Source of the DNA: a virus
Reading direction: 5' to 3' (one strand)
Length of the DNA stretch: 31,484 nucleotides
IMG/VR virus record: IMGVR_UViG_3300045988_071496
The notes below the pieces were generated by a model, which did no database searches, was not told the DNA's origin, and worked only from the letters and a program-made list of their open reading frames with translations. Both the position numbers and the translations under genes were made by a program. Below are positions 1-9,001 of the stretch, piece by piece (position 1 is the stretch's first letter; each line of letters opens with the position of its first letter).

Positions 1-14
1 ACGGCATCGGCTTA

Positions 15-923
15 TCAGCCTATTAGGAAGCACGGGCGCGGGCGCACCCACTCATGAGTGGCCGAATAGTTGTAGCAGCTGCCGTAGCTGTAGACATAGC
101 ACACGGTGGACGCGGAACCGCCCACGACGGAACGCAACCACCAAGTGACGCGCTCGCCCATCAAGCGGCTTGCCGCGCTGTCGAATATGGGGAAGTGGCA
201 ATCCATACCAACAGAATAACCCTTGCTGCCCCAAACAGCGCACCCGTAAACTTCCATTTCGGACAAAGACCAGACCTTGCCGAGGTCTGCCCATCCCCAG
301 CCGCTAGCTTCCGTTAGGTTCCCGGAAGAACCGTAGCGCTGTTCTGACAATGAACGGTAGTTCATAAGCACGTTGCGAAGTGCGGCTGGCAATGATGGCA
401 AATAATCGCTAATCTCCCAGCCGTGAAGCTTGCTGATTAGATAAGGTTCTTTCGTGGTCGCGTTGCCGTTGTTGGTCGCTGTGTCGTTCCACTTGATATA
501 GCTACCGTTTGAAGCCTTAGACCCGCCGACAAGGACGGGTGCCGATGGAACGAACGCGATATGGTGCCCCATTGGCGAATCTGAACACTGGTAATAGGGA
601 TCAATTGCGCCGATCATGTAACGCACGGTCTGCGCCGGAACGTTCGTGCCGTATGTGATTGGAACGTCCATGTAATCGCCGATGCGCAAGCCGGTGAAGT
701 CTCCATCCTGCGCCCGCGATTTCAACCAGGCGTAAATATCGCCGCCAGCAGCGGCAATCTCCGAAGCGAAGGTGGTTGCAAGCGAACGCCCCTTGAATTG
801 CGCAATGCCCTTTTGGCGGTCGAACTCCTCCTGAACGGTCACGGCGCTGGCAGAATCACGCGCCGTTGTGTCTGCGTTCATGTATGTAGTGCCATTTACG
901 TTGAAGCCCTTTAAGTCTGACAT
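15..923 (-). CDS. DGR target protein: distal tail fibre / receptor-binding protein with a C-terminal variable region (C-type-lectin/FGE-like ligand-binding fold likely)
   Basis: The ORF runs 941->15, but the ATG at 921-923 is preceded by AGGGG 8 nt upstream (the TTG at 939-941 is less likely). The stop is TGA at 15-17. The last ~43 codons (RVTWWLRSVVGGSASTVCYVYSYGSCYNYSATHEWVRPRPCFL) are encoded by the VR, which matches the TR at 30814-30943. It is the last gene of the tail module, directly after the BppU-like fibre gene. Confidence 0.8.
   Translation of the reverse strand: MSDLKGFNVNGTTYMNADTTARDSASAVTVQEEFDRQKGIAQFKGRSLATTFASEIAAAGGDIYAWLKSRAQDGDFTGLRIGDYMDVPITYGTNVPAQTVRYMIGAIDPYYQCSDSPMGHHIAFVPSAPVLVGGSKASNGSYIKWNDTATNNGNATTKEPYLISKLHGWEISDYLPSLPAALRNVLMNYRSLSEQRYGSSGNLTEASGWGWADLGKVWSLSEMEVYGCAVWGSKGYSVGMDCHFPIFDSAASRLMGERVTWWLRSVVGGSASTVCYVYSYGSCYNYSATHEWVRPRPCFLIG
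24..154 (-). repeat. DGR variable repeat (VR), 131 bp, at the 3' end of the target gene
   Basis: The VR aligns base-for-base with 30814-30943 at an offset of 30789. There are 10 mismatches, at VR positions 56, 68, 74, 79, 86, 92, 98, 106, 125 and 145. At every one the TR carries T on the plus strand, which is A on the coding (minus) strand. The 3' segment 24-55 is identical to the TR and GC-rich (CACGGGCGCGGGCGC), so it is IMH-like. Confidence 0.85.
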
Positions 924-933
924 TTTCAGCCCC

Positions 934-2025
934 CTAAACAAGTGTGATTATGTTGTCTGCGAAGGTCGCGCCCGGAATCGAAAGCACGCCGTTTTCGACG
1001 GTTGCGCCACGGCTTGCGGGCACATAGCAAATGCCGTCAACAATTATGTAATCGTCGGTCGCATCGCAAAGCGCACGCGCAAGCGTCGCATTGTCCTTCT
1101 TCAATTGGTCAATATCGGCGCTGCTGGCACCGCCGCCAGAACCGCCGCCGCCAGAACCAATGACGTTCAATGCACGCTTCGTTGCGTCCCTCGCATCTTC
1201 GGCGGCGCTGTGCGCTTCAGCCGCCGCAATGTCGGCGTTCGCCTTTGCCGTGTTTGCTGCGCTTGCCGCATCGTTGGCCGCAGTGGCCGCGCTTGTGGCA
1301 TTCTCAATGGCTGTTTCGACGCGTGCCGCTGCGCCGTTTGCAGCAGTTGCCGCGCTGGTGGCGCTTGTGGCTGCGCTGTTGGCCGAAGATGCGGCGCTTG
1401 TTGCGCTGCTTGCCGCGCTGTTCGCCGAAGATGCGGCGCTTGTGGCAGACTGCGCCGCCGTATTCGCTGCGCTCGCAGCGCTGTTGGCCGCCGTTGTGGC
1501 CGCTTCGGAGTTCGTCACGGCTGTTTCGACGCGTGCCGCCGCCGCATTCGCTGCACTTGCAGCGCTATTGGCGCTTGCCGCTGCGCTGTTGGCCGAACTT
1601 ACGGCGGCGTTTCCTCGATTGATTAGGTTGTCTATTGCGTCATCCCAGCTTTGCGCCGGTTGCTGTCCGGCTGTGGCGCATTTCAGAATCTCGATTGCGA
1701 AGCGCTCCGTTGAGTAGCGAACGCCGTTTTTCTCGAATGCGAAATAAGCTTCATCCGTGTAGCCCGGAATGCTGCAAAGCTTGCTTTCGTCAACGGTGAC
1801 GGTTGCGGCGTTGCCCGAAATGGTGGCCGCTGCGCGGTAGTAGTTCGCCTTGTTTGGCAACAGCACTTCAAAGTATCCCGTGAAGCCAGTTAGCGCCGCT
1901 TCCGCGCCGCCGTCGTAGATAAGCGCCCTAAGCGTTGTGCCGCCCTTGTCGCCCTGACCTACACGCACAAGGTTTGTGCCCAAACCGTCTTTGCTCAAAT
2001 CAAGTTCAAGCGTTTGTGTGTTCAT
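934..2025 (-). CDS. tail fibre / baseplate upper protein (BppU-like N-terminal domain) with a central Ala/Ser/Asn/Thr-rich repetitive shaft
   Basis: 363 aa. The N-terminus (MNTQTLELDLSKDGLGTNLVRVGQGDKGGTTLRALIYDGG) resembles the BppU_N domain of siphovirus baseplate proteins. The centre is low-complexity SAASSANSAASSATSAASSAN with a duplicated AAARVETA motif. The stop is TAG at 934-936. Confidence 0.55.
   Translation of the reverse strand: MNTQTLELDLSKDGLGTNLVRVGQGDKGGTTLRALIYDGGAEAALTGFTGYFEVLLPNKANYYRAAATISGNAATVTVDESKLCSIPGYTDEAYFAFEKNGVRYSTERFAIEILKCATAGQQPAQSWDDAIDNLINRGNAAVSSANSAAASANSAASAANAAAARVETAVTNSEAATTAANSAASAANTAAQSATSAASSANSAASSATSAASSANSAATSATSAATAANGAAARVETAIENATSAATAANDAASAANTAKANADIAAAEAHSAAEDARDATKRALNVIGSGGGGSGGGASSADIDQLKKDNATLARALCDATDDYIIVDGICYVPASRGATVENGVLSIPGATFADNIITLV
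1190..1610. repeat. intragenic imperfect tandem repeats (about 42-nt units, and a 210-nt unit present twice) inside the fibre gene
   Basis: GGCTGTTTCGACGCGTGCCGC occurs at 1309-1329 and again at 1519-1539, 210 nt (70 aa) apart. GCGCTGTTGGCCGAAGATGCGGCGCTTGT occurs at about 1371 and about 1413, 42 nt apart. The encoded peptide is an SAASSANSAA-type repeat. Confidence 0.6.
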
Positions 2026-2459
2026 TACGCTTCACCGCCTTGCGTTACCTCTTTGAGCGCGGCAAGCGCCGCTTTGAACGCATCTTCTGGCGTGATCTTG
2101 CGCGCCGCCTTGCGCATGGGCGCTGCGCCTGTCTCCGTTGCCGGCTCTGCTTCGGGGAACATGATTGCTTCCAGCGCGTCGAATACCTCGACAACCGCCG
2201 ACATTCTCACGTCAACGTATGGCGGCAAGACAACTTCAACCCCGTTAACTTCGGGGTTGGGCTGCTTGACCTCGATTGCCGGCACAACCTCGCGCGAACC
2301 GTCGTTGTATTCGGCGATAATCACAAGCCCCATGGCTTCAGCGTCAAGCAAGCTTTGCTGCGAATAGTCGGTTATGTATCCCTCTACGTTTGCCGCCGCA
2401 TCGTGCAGCAGGTAGGCAACAATGTGCCGTGTTGCTTCTGAAACCGCGTTATTGTCCAT
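2025..2459 (-). CDS. hypothetical tail-associated protein
   Basis: The ATG at 2457-2459 is preceded by AGGAGAAG. An alternative ATG at 2477 overlaps the Tal stop. The gene sits between Tal and the fibre genes, and I recognise no motif. Confidence 0.45.
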   Translation of the reverse strand: MDNNAVSEATRHIVAYLLHDAAANVEGYITDYSQQSLLDAEAMGLVIIAEYNDGSREVVPAIEVKQPNPEVNGVEVVLPPYVDVRMSAVVEVFDALEAIMFPEAEPATETGAAPMRKAARKITPEDAFKAALAALKEVTQGGEA

Positions 2460-2470
2460 AGTCTCTTCTC

Positions 2471-4381
2471 CTACCATGATTGACTGCCAATGCAGATGCC
2501 GTTGATGAATGCAAGGCGGTAGCGGTAGTGCAACCCCACGTGCCCTTCTCCGTCTAGTTCATAGTAGCTGCACCGCTGCGTGCCCGTGTAACCTATCGTG
2601 CCGGCTTGCGAAGTGTTTTCAGCCGTGTAAAGCTTCGGTGCCCTCAACCCAAGGTAGGTTGCGCCGTTGCACGCCTGAAGGTATCCGCCTTTGTTTCCGT
2701 CCGTGTAGGCCGGGATTGACACAAGTTCTATTGTTTCGTGGTTGTTGTAGTAGAACTGTATTTCTCCGCCTGAAATACGCGCCTTATAGCCCGTGTCCGT
2801 TCCGCTCGTAAGCGTGCCGGTTGCGCTAATGTTGTTTGCCGTCATGTAGTTTGTTCTAAGCGTTCCGTTGGTTAAATCCCATGTGTTGCGCCCGTTCTGG
2901 TCGGTCAATAGGCCGGCGCGGATTCGGTCTGCTCTCATGGTTCCGGCGTTGATGCAATCGGCGGTGACGCTTGCGCCGGTAATGAACGTTTTCCAGTTCC
3001 ATTGCCCCGAACTGGTAAGGCTCGAAGCAAGACGGATGCCGCGCCCGGAAATGTTCACCGCCCACATGCTCGAAGTTGTGCGAAGCGGCAAGCCCGTTTC
3101 GGGGTTAAGCGGAACGTTGCTGTAGATCGTGCCAAGTTCAAAGGTTTCAACTTTGTATGTTCCAACGGCGTTGAACTGATCGTTTAGCGCGTCTTGAAGC
3201 TGAATGAGCCAGCTAACGGACGTGCCGGCCACCGCGTCATAGGTTGCCGCCGCGCGGCTGCTCGCCTTTAGCGTCTGGCTCACGCTCTGCCACATATCGG
3301 CCATGCTGTCGGTGAGGTTGCCGAAAGTCACGCTTGCGTCACCTGTGAGCAGGTCGCGTTCAATCTGCGACACGCGCCCGGTTAGGCGCACGCCGGCTTC
3401 GCTGAAGCCCTTATCAATGATTGCCACCTTGTCGCCGATGCCCACACCTTCCCAGCTTCGCCCGAAAGCGTACAGATCAACAACGCTTGCCGTGTAGCTG
3501 ACTTTAGGTTGCGAAACCTCGGCAAGGTATGCTTTCGTTTCCGCCAGCAGTTGCGCGGCATCCTCGCATTGCTCGTTAACGTAGCTTGTGCAAGCGGGAA
3601 GAACGGTGCTGCCCGTTCCGGGGTGCCCCCAAATCTTCGTTGCCTCCGTATCCTCGACATAGGCTTTATTGCCGTTGATTTTCTCGAAGGTCAAGCGCCT
3701 ACCGTATGCGCCAGAATCCGTTTCAACGCCCTTGCCGTAGCCGTAAACGCGCGTTTTCGGGTTGTCGCTCGAAACGGTGCGCGTAATGCTCTTAATGTCC
3801 TTCGTCCACGTGAAGCGCTTCGGGCTTGACTGGTTGCCGCGCGTCTTTCGCACGCCAACTTTGCGGGTCGTAACCTTGTAACCGTCGGTTATAACTTGGG
3901 TTTCAAGTTCGCCGCCCCACTTTTCCAGTATTTCCGCCACGGATTCGCGCACGCTCTGGTGGTACAGCACGGCGCTTGCGCTGGCCGTAACGTCGCACGT
4001 GCCAACCGTCCAACGCGTGCCCGAAAGCACGCTTGAAAGCGCCGTTGCAACCTGACCAGTTGGCCGCTTGTCATCCGTCCAATCATCCCAAAGTTCGGCG
4101 ATTGAGTTAACGCCGGTGAAGGTGGTTTCTAGCGTCCCATCCTCGCCGTGCGTGCGGTTCACGTCATCAACAATGTGTTCATGGCTCACGCCCTGCGCGT
4201 CAGCCCACACAATGTAATCACCCTTGTTAACGTCATCGCTGCACGTCACCTTGATTTCGTCGGTGCAGTCCAGCGCTTCGCTGTGCGTCGCGCTCGTTAC
4301 GTGCAGCCGGCCAAGGTTCACGCCGAAGCGCGAAAAGCGGGTGAAGCCGATACGTCTTATTACAGCCATCGTTCCCACCAT
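2471..4381 (-). CDS. tail-associated protein Tal (siphovirus minor structural / tail tip 'endopeptidase tail' family)
   Basis: 636 aa, immediately downstream of Dit as in the canonical siphovirus TMP-Dit-Tal order. The N-terminus (MAVIRRIGF...) is typical of this family. The start is ambiguous between 4381 and 4369. Confidence 0.6.
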   Translation of the reverse strand: MVGTMAVIRRIGFTRFSRFGVNLGRLHVTSATHSEALDCTDEIKVTCSDDVNKGDYIVWADAQGVSHEHIVDDVNRTHGEDGTLETTFTGVNSIAELWDDWTDDKRPTGQVATALSSVLSGTRWTVGTCDVTASASAVLYHQSVRESVAEILEKWGGELETQVITDGYKVTTRKVGVRKTRGNQSSPKRFTWTKDIKSITRTVSSDNPKTRVYGYGKGVETDSGAYGRRLTFEKINGNKAYVEDTEATKIWGHPGTGSTVLPACTSYVNEQCEDAAQLLAETKAYLAEVSQPKVSYTASVVDLYAFGRSWEGVGIGDKVAIIDKGFSEAGVRLTGRVSQIERDLLTGDASVTFGNLTDSMADMWQSVSQTLKASSRAAATYDAVAGTSVSWLIQLQDALNDQFNAVGTYKVETFELGTIYSNVPLNPETGLPLRTTSSMWAVNISGRGIRLASSLTSSGQWNWKTFITGASVTADCINAGTMRADRIRAGLLTDQNGRNTWDLTNGTLRTNYMTANNISATGTLTSGTDTGYKARISGGEIQFYYNNHETIELVSIPAYTDGNKGGYLQACNGATYLGLRAPKLYTAENTSQAGTIGYTGTQRCSYYELDGEGHVGLHYRYRLAFINGICIGSQSW

Positions 4382-5106
4382 TCCAGCACGGCGGTGCCGC
4401 TGCTCAATTGCAATTTCGTTCGCCCGTCAATGGTGAAGAAGTCGGAATCAAGCGTTACAGCGGCGGTGCTTCCGTTGACGGTGGCGTGTTCGGTCGCCAT
4501 GTCAACGCGCACGGTGCTTGCGCTTGTGACGCTTGATGCCAGCTTCACTTGCTCGCCAGTATCGACGTTGCGCAAATACCATGCCGCGCTTGATGCCGGC
4601 TTAGCCGTGATTTGAAGGTGCGCCGGCCTGTCACCGCCGGCGTTAATCGTGAATGCTCCCGCGCTCACCTCAACGCGGCGCTTGCGCCCGTAATAAAACG
4701 GGTCGCAAACGTGGAAGGTTATTGTTGTGAACGGGCACTTGTCGGTGATCTCCCCAAGGTCTGTTTCTCCGCTCACGATTGCAAGCAGAAAGCGCGTTGG
4801 GTCATCGGGAAGGAAAAGCGGCGCGGGTTCGTCAGTGCATAGCATCTTCGCCAGCGCGTGGCGAACCGTTGCCGCATCGCGTCTTTCGTCGCTTCTTAGC
4901 CACACATCGACGGGCAAATCATACCCGCCGAAGTGTGCGGCCTTGAATAGTTCGCCGTCGCGCCCGCCGATGCTCTCAAGCGTGACGTTCACGGGCGGCA
5001 TAATAGGGCGGCTTACCTTGCAGGAAACAAAGGCGCTTAGATCGTGCCCGTTGAACAACACGCGGTCGGTTTGCGCCCTAAGCTGTTTACGTTGCAACGC
5101 TAACAC
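4360..5106 (-). CDS. distal tail protein Dit (siphovirus tail component)
   Basis: 248 aa. It follows the tape measure directly, overlapping its end, and precedes Tal. The size and position fit the Dit family. Confidence 0.6.
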   Translation of the reverse strand: MLALQRKQLRAQTDRVLFNGHDLSAFVSCKVSRPIMPPVNVTLESIGGRDGELFKAAHFGGYDLPVDVWLRSDERRDAATVRHALAKMLCTDEPAPLFLPDDPTRFLLAIVSGETDLGEITDKCPFTTITFHVCDPFYYGRKRRVEVSAGAFTINAGGDRPAHLQITAKPASSAAWYLRNVDTGEQVKLASSVTSASTVRVDMATEHATVNGSTAAVTLDSDFFTIDGRTKLQLSSGTAVLEWWERWL

Positions 5107-7642
5107 CCCTTTGCTTCAGTTTGCTTGCGATACCCAAGCCGATTTGCTGGCCTGTCTGGTACGCGTCCGTGTTGCCCGATACCGTGGCGTTAACCTCTAC
5201 GGCCACGGTGATTTGCTGGCCGGGTTGGCCACCGTTGAACGCGTTGTTAACGGCGCGTTCTATGAAGTCCCAAAGCTGCTTTTCGGGTGCCACGTACTCG
5301 CCGCCGCGCTCGCCAACGCCGATGATGCTTGCTTTGTCGAAGTATCCGCCGCGTGCGTACCAATCAACGCTGATGCTCGGCAGCTTCACAACGCCGCCAA
5401 TGTCGTTCCATTGCACGTTGAAGTGCGGCATCTTGATTTTTGGCAACGAAATCTTGATGCCGCCAAAGGCGTTCATGATCTTGTTGGGAATGTCCTTAAT
5501 CCAGTTCCAAGCGTTTTCAATTGGGTTCTTCATGAAGTCGCGCACGCCGTTGAAAACGCCGTTGACCTTAGCGCCAAGGCCGGGAAAGCCAAGCTTGTTT
5601 CCTATGGCATCGGCCACGCGCACGGCGTTAGACTGCGCCGCGTCCATCTTCTGGCTGATATTGTCGCGGATGGTTCCGAACGCGCTTGCCGCTTCGCTTC
5701 TGGCCGTTGACCAATCGCCCGAAAGCGCGGCTTGCAACGCGCTTCCCGCGTGGCTTCCCGCTTCCTTCGCCGTGTTCAGGTCGTTTTGCACGGTGGATTT
5801 CACCGCGCCAAAGGCTGTTTGGGTGTTCGTTTTAAGGTTGTTCCATTTCTCGCTTACCCAATCGGCGGCACCCTTTGCCTTTTCTGAAATGGTGCTTTTC
5901 ACGTTCTCCCAAGCGTTGCTTGCATCGGATTTGAAACCTTCCCACTTGCTAGAAACGTCGTTCTTGAAGTTCTCAACGCCGGTTGTAACGTTGTTCCAAG
6001 TGTCGCTGAAGAAGTCGCCGGCACCGCCGAAGAAGTCGCAAACGCCCTGCCATTTCTCCGAAATCCAGCCGGTGAAGTCAGACCACATTTGCTTGCCCGT
6101 CTCGGTCTGCGTGAAGAACCATGTTAGACCGGCAACCGCCGCGCTGACAGCAGCCACGCCAAGCCCTATTGGGTTGGCCGTGATAAGCCCGGTTAGGCTC
6201 TTCCAGCCCCCGCCAAGCCCGCCGAATTTCCCGCTTAGCCCGTCGGCCTTGCCGCCAAGGTCGGTGAAGCCGCCGGCAACGGTCTTGATAACGCCGCCGA
6301 TTTCCGAAGCTGATTGCATCAGCTTTCCCGCCGCCGTGGTAACGCCGCCGAAAGCAAGCGCACCTAGCGCAAGGTTCTTGACCAGCTCTTGCTGTTCGGG
6401 CGAAAGAGATTTGAACCAGTCGGAAGCGGATTTCAGCGCCGGGGTGAGCTTTCCTAGAATCTCGGTGCCGATCTCCGTGACCATCTGCTTAACCGGCAAC
6501 GCCGCTTCGCCCATTTCGCGCATGGACGTTTCAAGTTCGTTTTGCGCGTCGCGGCTCGCCAAAAGGTCTTTGTTGGTTTCCTGAAACTGCTTGCCGGCAT
6601 CGCCGTAAACTCCGCTAAGCGCTTCGGTTACAAGCGTTGCGCGTTCCTGCTCGGTCTTGCAAGCGGCCAAGGCTTCGTTGAAGGCATCTTCTTTGGTCAT
6701 GCCCTCGCCAATGGCCTTGTTGAACGCCGCCTGTGCGCCGGCGTTTCCGCTAAGCGCTTGGCTCCATTGCTCGGCGCTGGCCGTTGACCAGTTGAGCGCA
6801 TCGGCAAAGCTTCCCGTTACAGCGCCGGTGTGCGCCGTTTCCTGCGCCGTTTCCGCTAGATTCTCCAAGGGCAGGGCATCGCCGAAGGTCGCATAGGCAC
6901 CGGCTGCAATGTCCGTCCACTTCTGCAGTTCCTCTTCGTTCTGCGTAAGCCTGATTAGGTTCTGGCTGGCTTCGGTGGCTGTGTCGCCCTCGCCCAAGAT
7001 GCGGTAGAAGGACGCGTAAACGCTTGATGCCTGTTCTACCGTTCCGCCGGCTTGGGTGAAAGCGGTTTCAAGCTGCGCGTTTTGCTGTATGGCTTCCTCT
7101 TGGCTCTCGGCAAGCGCGGTCAGGCCAGTTGCCGCCGCCGTGATGCCGCCGGAAATGGCAAGCCCGCCGCGCTCAACGCCCTTGCCGGCCTTTTCCAGCT
7201 TGTCTGCGTTGTCCTCGATGGTCTGGCCGAACTGGTAAAGCGAAGTTTTGGACGCTTCGGCTTCGCGCTTCGTGTCTGCAAGTTCCTTGCCGTAGCTTTC
7301 AAGCTGGTTTTCGCATTGCAGGATTGCGCGTTTCAAGCTGTCGTATTGCCGTTCTTCCTCTGAAGTCAGCTTCGCGCCGCTCTGCTTCTTAGATTCAAGC
7401 TGTGAAAGCGCCTGTTTGTACGCCGCAAGCTTCTGTTCGGTTTCGTCGTAGGCGCTGTTTAGCGCCTTTACCTTCTGCGCCAGAAGGTCGGTGTTTCCGG
7501 GGTTGAACTTTAGGGCTTTGTTGATCTCTCGCAAGTCTGCTTGCGTGTTCTTCGATTGCTTGGAAACCTCGCGCAAAGCGCCCTGAAGTTCCGTTGTGTC
7601 GCCGCCGAACTTGATAACAAGCCCCTTATAGCTTACAGCCAT
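5087..7642 (-). CDS. tail tape measure protein
   Basis: 851 aa, with long Ala/Gly-rich coiled-coil and helical stretches and a central hydrophobic segment. It lies after the G/T chaperone ORFs and the N-terminus is MAVSYKGLVIKFGGDTTELQ. Confidence 0.85.
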   Translation of the reverse strand: MAVSYKGLVIKFGGDTTELQGALREVSKQSKNTQADLREINKALKFNPGNTDLLAQKVKALNSAYDETEQKLAAYKQALSQLESKKQSGAKLTSEEERQYDSLKRAILQCENQLESYGKELADTKREAEASKTSLYQFGQTIEDNADKLEKAGKGVERGGLAISGGITAAATGLTALAESQEEAIQQNAQLETAFTQAGGTVEQASSVYASFYRILGEGDTATEASQNLIRLTQNEEELQKWTDIAAGAYATFGDALPLENLAETAQETAHTGAVTGSFADALNWSTASAEQWSQALSGNAGAQAAFNKAIGEGMTKEDAFNEALAACKTEQERATLVTEALSGVYGDAGKQFQETNKDLLASRDAQNELETSMREMGEAALPVKQMVTEIGTEILGKLTPALKSASDWFKSLSPEQQELVKNLALGALAFGGVTTAAGKLMQSASEIGGVIKTVAGGFTDLGGKADGLSGKFGGLGGGWKSLTGLITANPIGLGVAAVSAAVAGLTWFFTQTETGKQMWSDFTGWISEKWQGVCDFFGGAGDFFSDTWNNVTTGVENFKNDVSSKWEGFKSDASNAWENVKSTISEKAKGAADWVSEKWNNLKTNTQTAFGAVKSTVQNDLNTAKEAGSHAGSALQAALSGDWSTARSEAASAFGTIRDNISQKMDAAQSNAVRVADAIGNKLGFPGLGAKVNGVFNGVRDFMKNPIENAWNWIKDIPNKIMNAFGGIKISLPKIKMPHFNVQWNDIGGVVKLPSISVDWYARGGYFDKASIIGVGERGGEYVAPEKQLWDFIERAVNNAFNGGQPGQQITVAVEVNATVSGNTDAYQTGQQIGLGIASKLKQRGVSVAT

Positions 7643-7732
7643 GCCGTCACCTCTTTTCGTTTGTCAAAGTGCATGAGCGTTTCAAGCACCGCGCCCGTTA
7701 ATCAGGTGCGGTGTTGTGAAGCGTTCACACGT

Positions 7733-8011
7733 CTAGCCCCAAAAGGCCGCTTCGGCCTTTCGCGCCTTTTCGTCATCCTCGTAGTTCGCCGCCGCGTCGG
7801 CATAGAACGCGTGAATTTCCAGCAGGTCTTTAACTTGCCTGTAGCTAAGCCGCTGCAAATCCGCCACGGTCAAGCCGCATTGCTGGCAGTCGTACAGATA
7901 ACGCGCGTCGCAAGCGTCGCTAAGATTGCTTGGAAGCGGCGGCGCGGGGTTTTTTGGCGGGCGCGGCTTCCACTCCATCGGGCGTTGAAGGAAAAAAGTT
8001 ATCTTCAACAA
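7733..8011 (-). CDS. tail assembly chaperone frameshift extension (gpT-like), probably expressed as a G-T fusion
   Basis: The ORF lies in the +1 frame relative to the G ORF. Its only start is a TTG with no RBS. The overlap contains GCC AAA AAA CCC CGC (A6 followed by C4). Confidence 0.4.
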   Translation of the reverse strand: MLKITFFLQRPMEWKPRPPKNPAPPLPSNLSDACDARYLYDCQQCGLTVADLQRLSYRQVKDLLEIHAFYADAAANYEDDEKARKAEAAFWG

Positions 8012-8357
8012 TGCCCATCACGTCAGCCGCCCAACCGTCCCCCTTCTGAAGGTCGAATGCTTCTTTGGGAAGCGATTTGACCCAATCGCTAAACGATTGC
8101 TTTAAAGCGGGCGTTGCGGTCTTGATGCACGCATAGAAGATTTCAAGCAGCGCCGACATTGCGGGCATTCCGCAAGCCTGCATTGATTCAACGATTAGCC
8201 CCACATCCTCGTTAATGTCCTTCGGACGGAACTTGCCCGTTGGGTTTCCCTCGTTGTCCAAAGTCTCAACCTTGAAAACGTGCGAAAAGGCAATGGGCGT
8301 CCATCCGTTGAAGTCTGCTTCAAACTCAAGTTCGCCAACCTTGATAACCATATCCAA
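7920..8357 (-). CDS. tail assembly chaperone (gpG-like)
   Basis: 145 aa acidic protein between the major tail protein and the tape measure. It overlaps the downstream ORF by 92 nt in a different frame. Confidence 0.55.
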   Translation of the reverse strand: MDMVIKVGELEFEADFNGWTPIAFSHVFKVETLDNEGNPTGKFRPKDINEDVGLIVESMQACGMPAMSALLEIFYACIKTATPALKQSFSDWVKSLPKEAFDLQKGDGWAADVMGIVEDNFFPSTPDGVEAAPAKKPRAAASKQS

Positions 8358-8365
8358 CCCGCTTT

Positions 8366-8986
8366 CTAGTTACCGGCTTGCGGCGTTGCCGGCGTGGTTG
8401 TTTTCACAAGCCCTTCGATATTGACCGCATCAAAGAAGGTTTCGTAATCGTCGTTGCCGGTGAAGCTGTCGTAACCGCTCGTGCGGTCATCGGCGGTGCC
8501 GCCCGGTGGGATAATGGGCTTCCACGTGAACGGGTAATCAAGCTGCGTGATCTCCGGCGTTTCGGCGGTGGTGGTCATGGTGTTTGAAGGCTTCTGAAGC
8601 TGGCACATGAGCAGACAGCGGCGGCGGCCTAGCACGTGGCCGGGCTGCTCGCACATGAACGCAAAGGGCTTGGGCTTCTTGTTGGCTTTAAGGTTGGTGC
8701 GGCCATCTTCCATGATCTCCCAGCCCACAAGTTCGGCAATCATCTTGCGCACTTCGTCGCTGCTCTCGGTGTCGTAGAAACTCATGATGCCGGAACCGCC
8801 GTTGTCCTGCTGCTCTTCCAGCCACACTTCGTTGTCAGCGTGGCTTGTGCCCGTCTCAACGCTCGGTTCCATGCTGATTTCGACGGTGCCGGGAACGTGT
8901 ACCGGCTTTTTGTAGGTCAATGTTGCTTCGTCCGTGACTTCCGCGAAATGGGAATTGCGCACGCCGAAGAATCCGTTTCGTGCCAT
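8366..8986 (-). CDS. major tail protein
   Basis: 206 aa in the canonical position upstream of the G/T chaperones. The N-terminus is MARNGFFGVRNSHFAEV and an AGGAG RBS is present. Confidence 0.55.
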   Translation of the reverse strand: MARNGFFGVRNSHFAEVTDEATLTYKKPVHVPGTVEISMEPSVETGTSHADNEVWLEEQQDNGGSGIMSFYDTESSDEVRKMIAELVGWEIMEDGRTNLKANKKPKPFAFMCEQPGHVLGRRRCLLMCQLQKPSNTMTTTAETPEITQLDYPFTWKPIIPPGGTADDRTSGYDSFTGNDDYETFFDAVNIEGLVKTTTPATPQAGN

Positions 8987-9001
8987 CTTTAAGGCTCCTA
9001 A

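Noticed and set aside
1-55. Terminal 55-bp direct repeat as prophage attL/attR
   Set aside because: The identity ends exactly at the window edge and lies inside the coding 3' end of the fibre gene. With no host-like flanking genes, this is more consistent with a circular-contig overlap than with an att duplication.
1190-1610. Repetitive Ala-rich region as a possible CRISPR-like or minisatellite array
   Set aside because: The repeats are in-frame, imperfect, and lie within a continuous ORF with a recognisable fibre N-terminal domain. There are no spacer-like unique segments.
868-1717. Long plus-strand ORFs (252, 208 and 150 aa; Cys-, Arg- or Ala-rich) overlapping the fibre gene
   Set aside because: They are antisense to a well-supported minus-strand gene. 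Their extreme low-complexity composition is produced by the GC-rich repeat region, and they have no RBS or family features.
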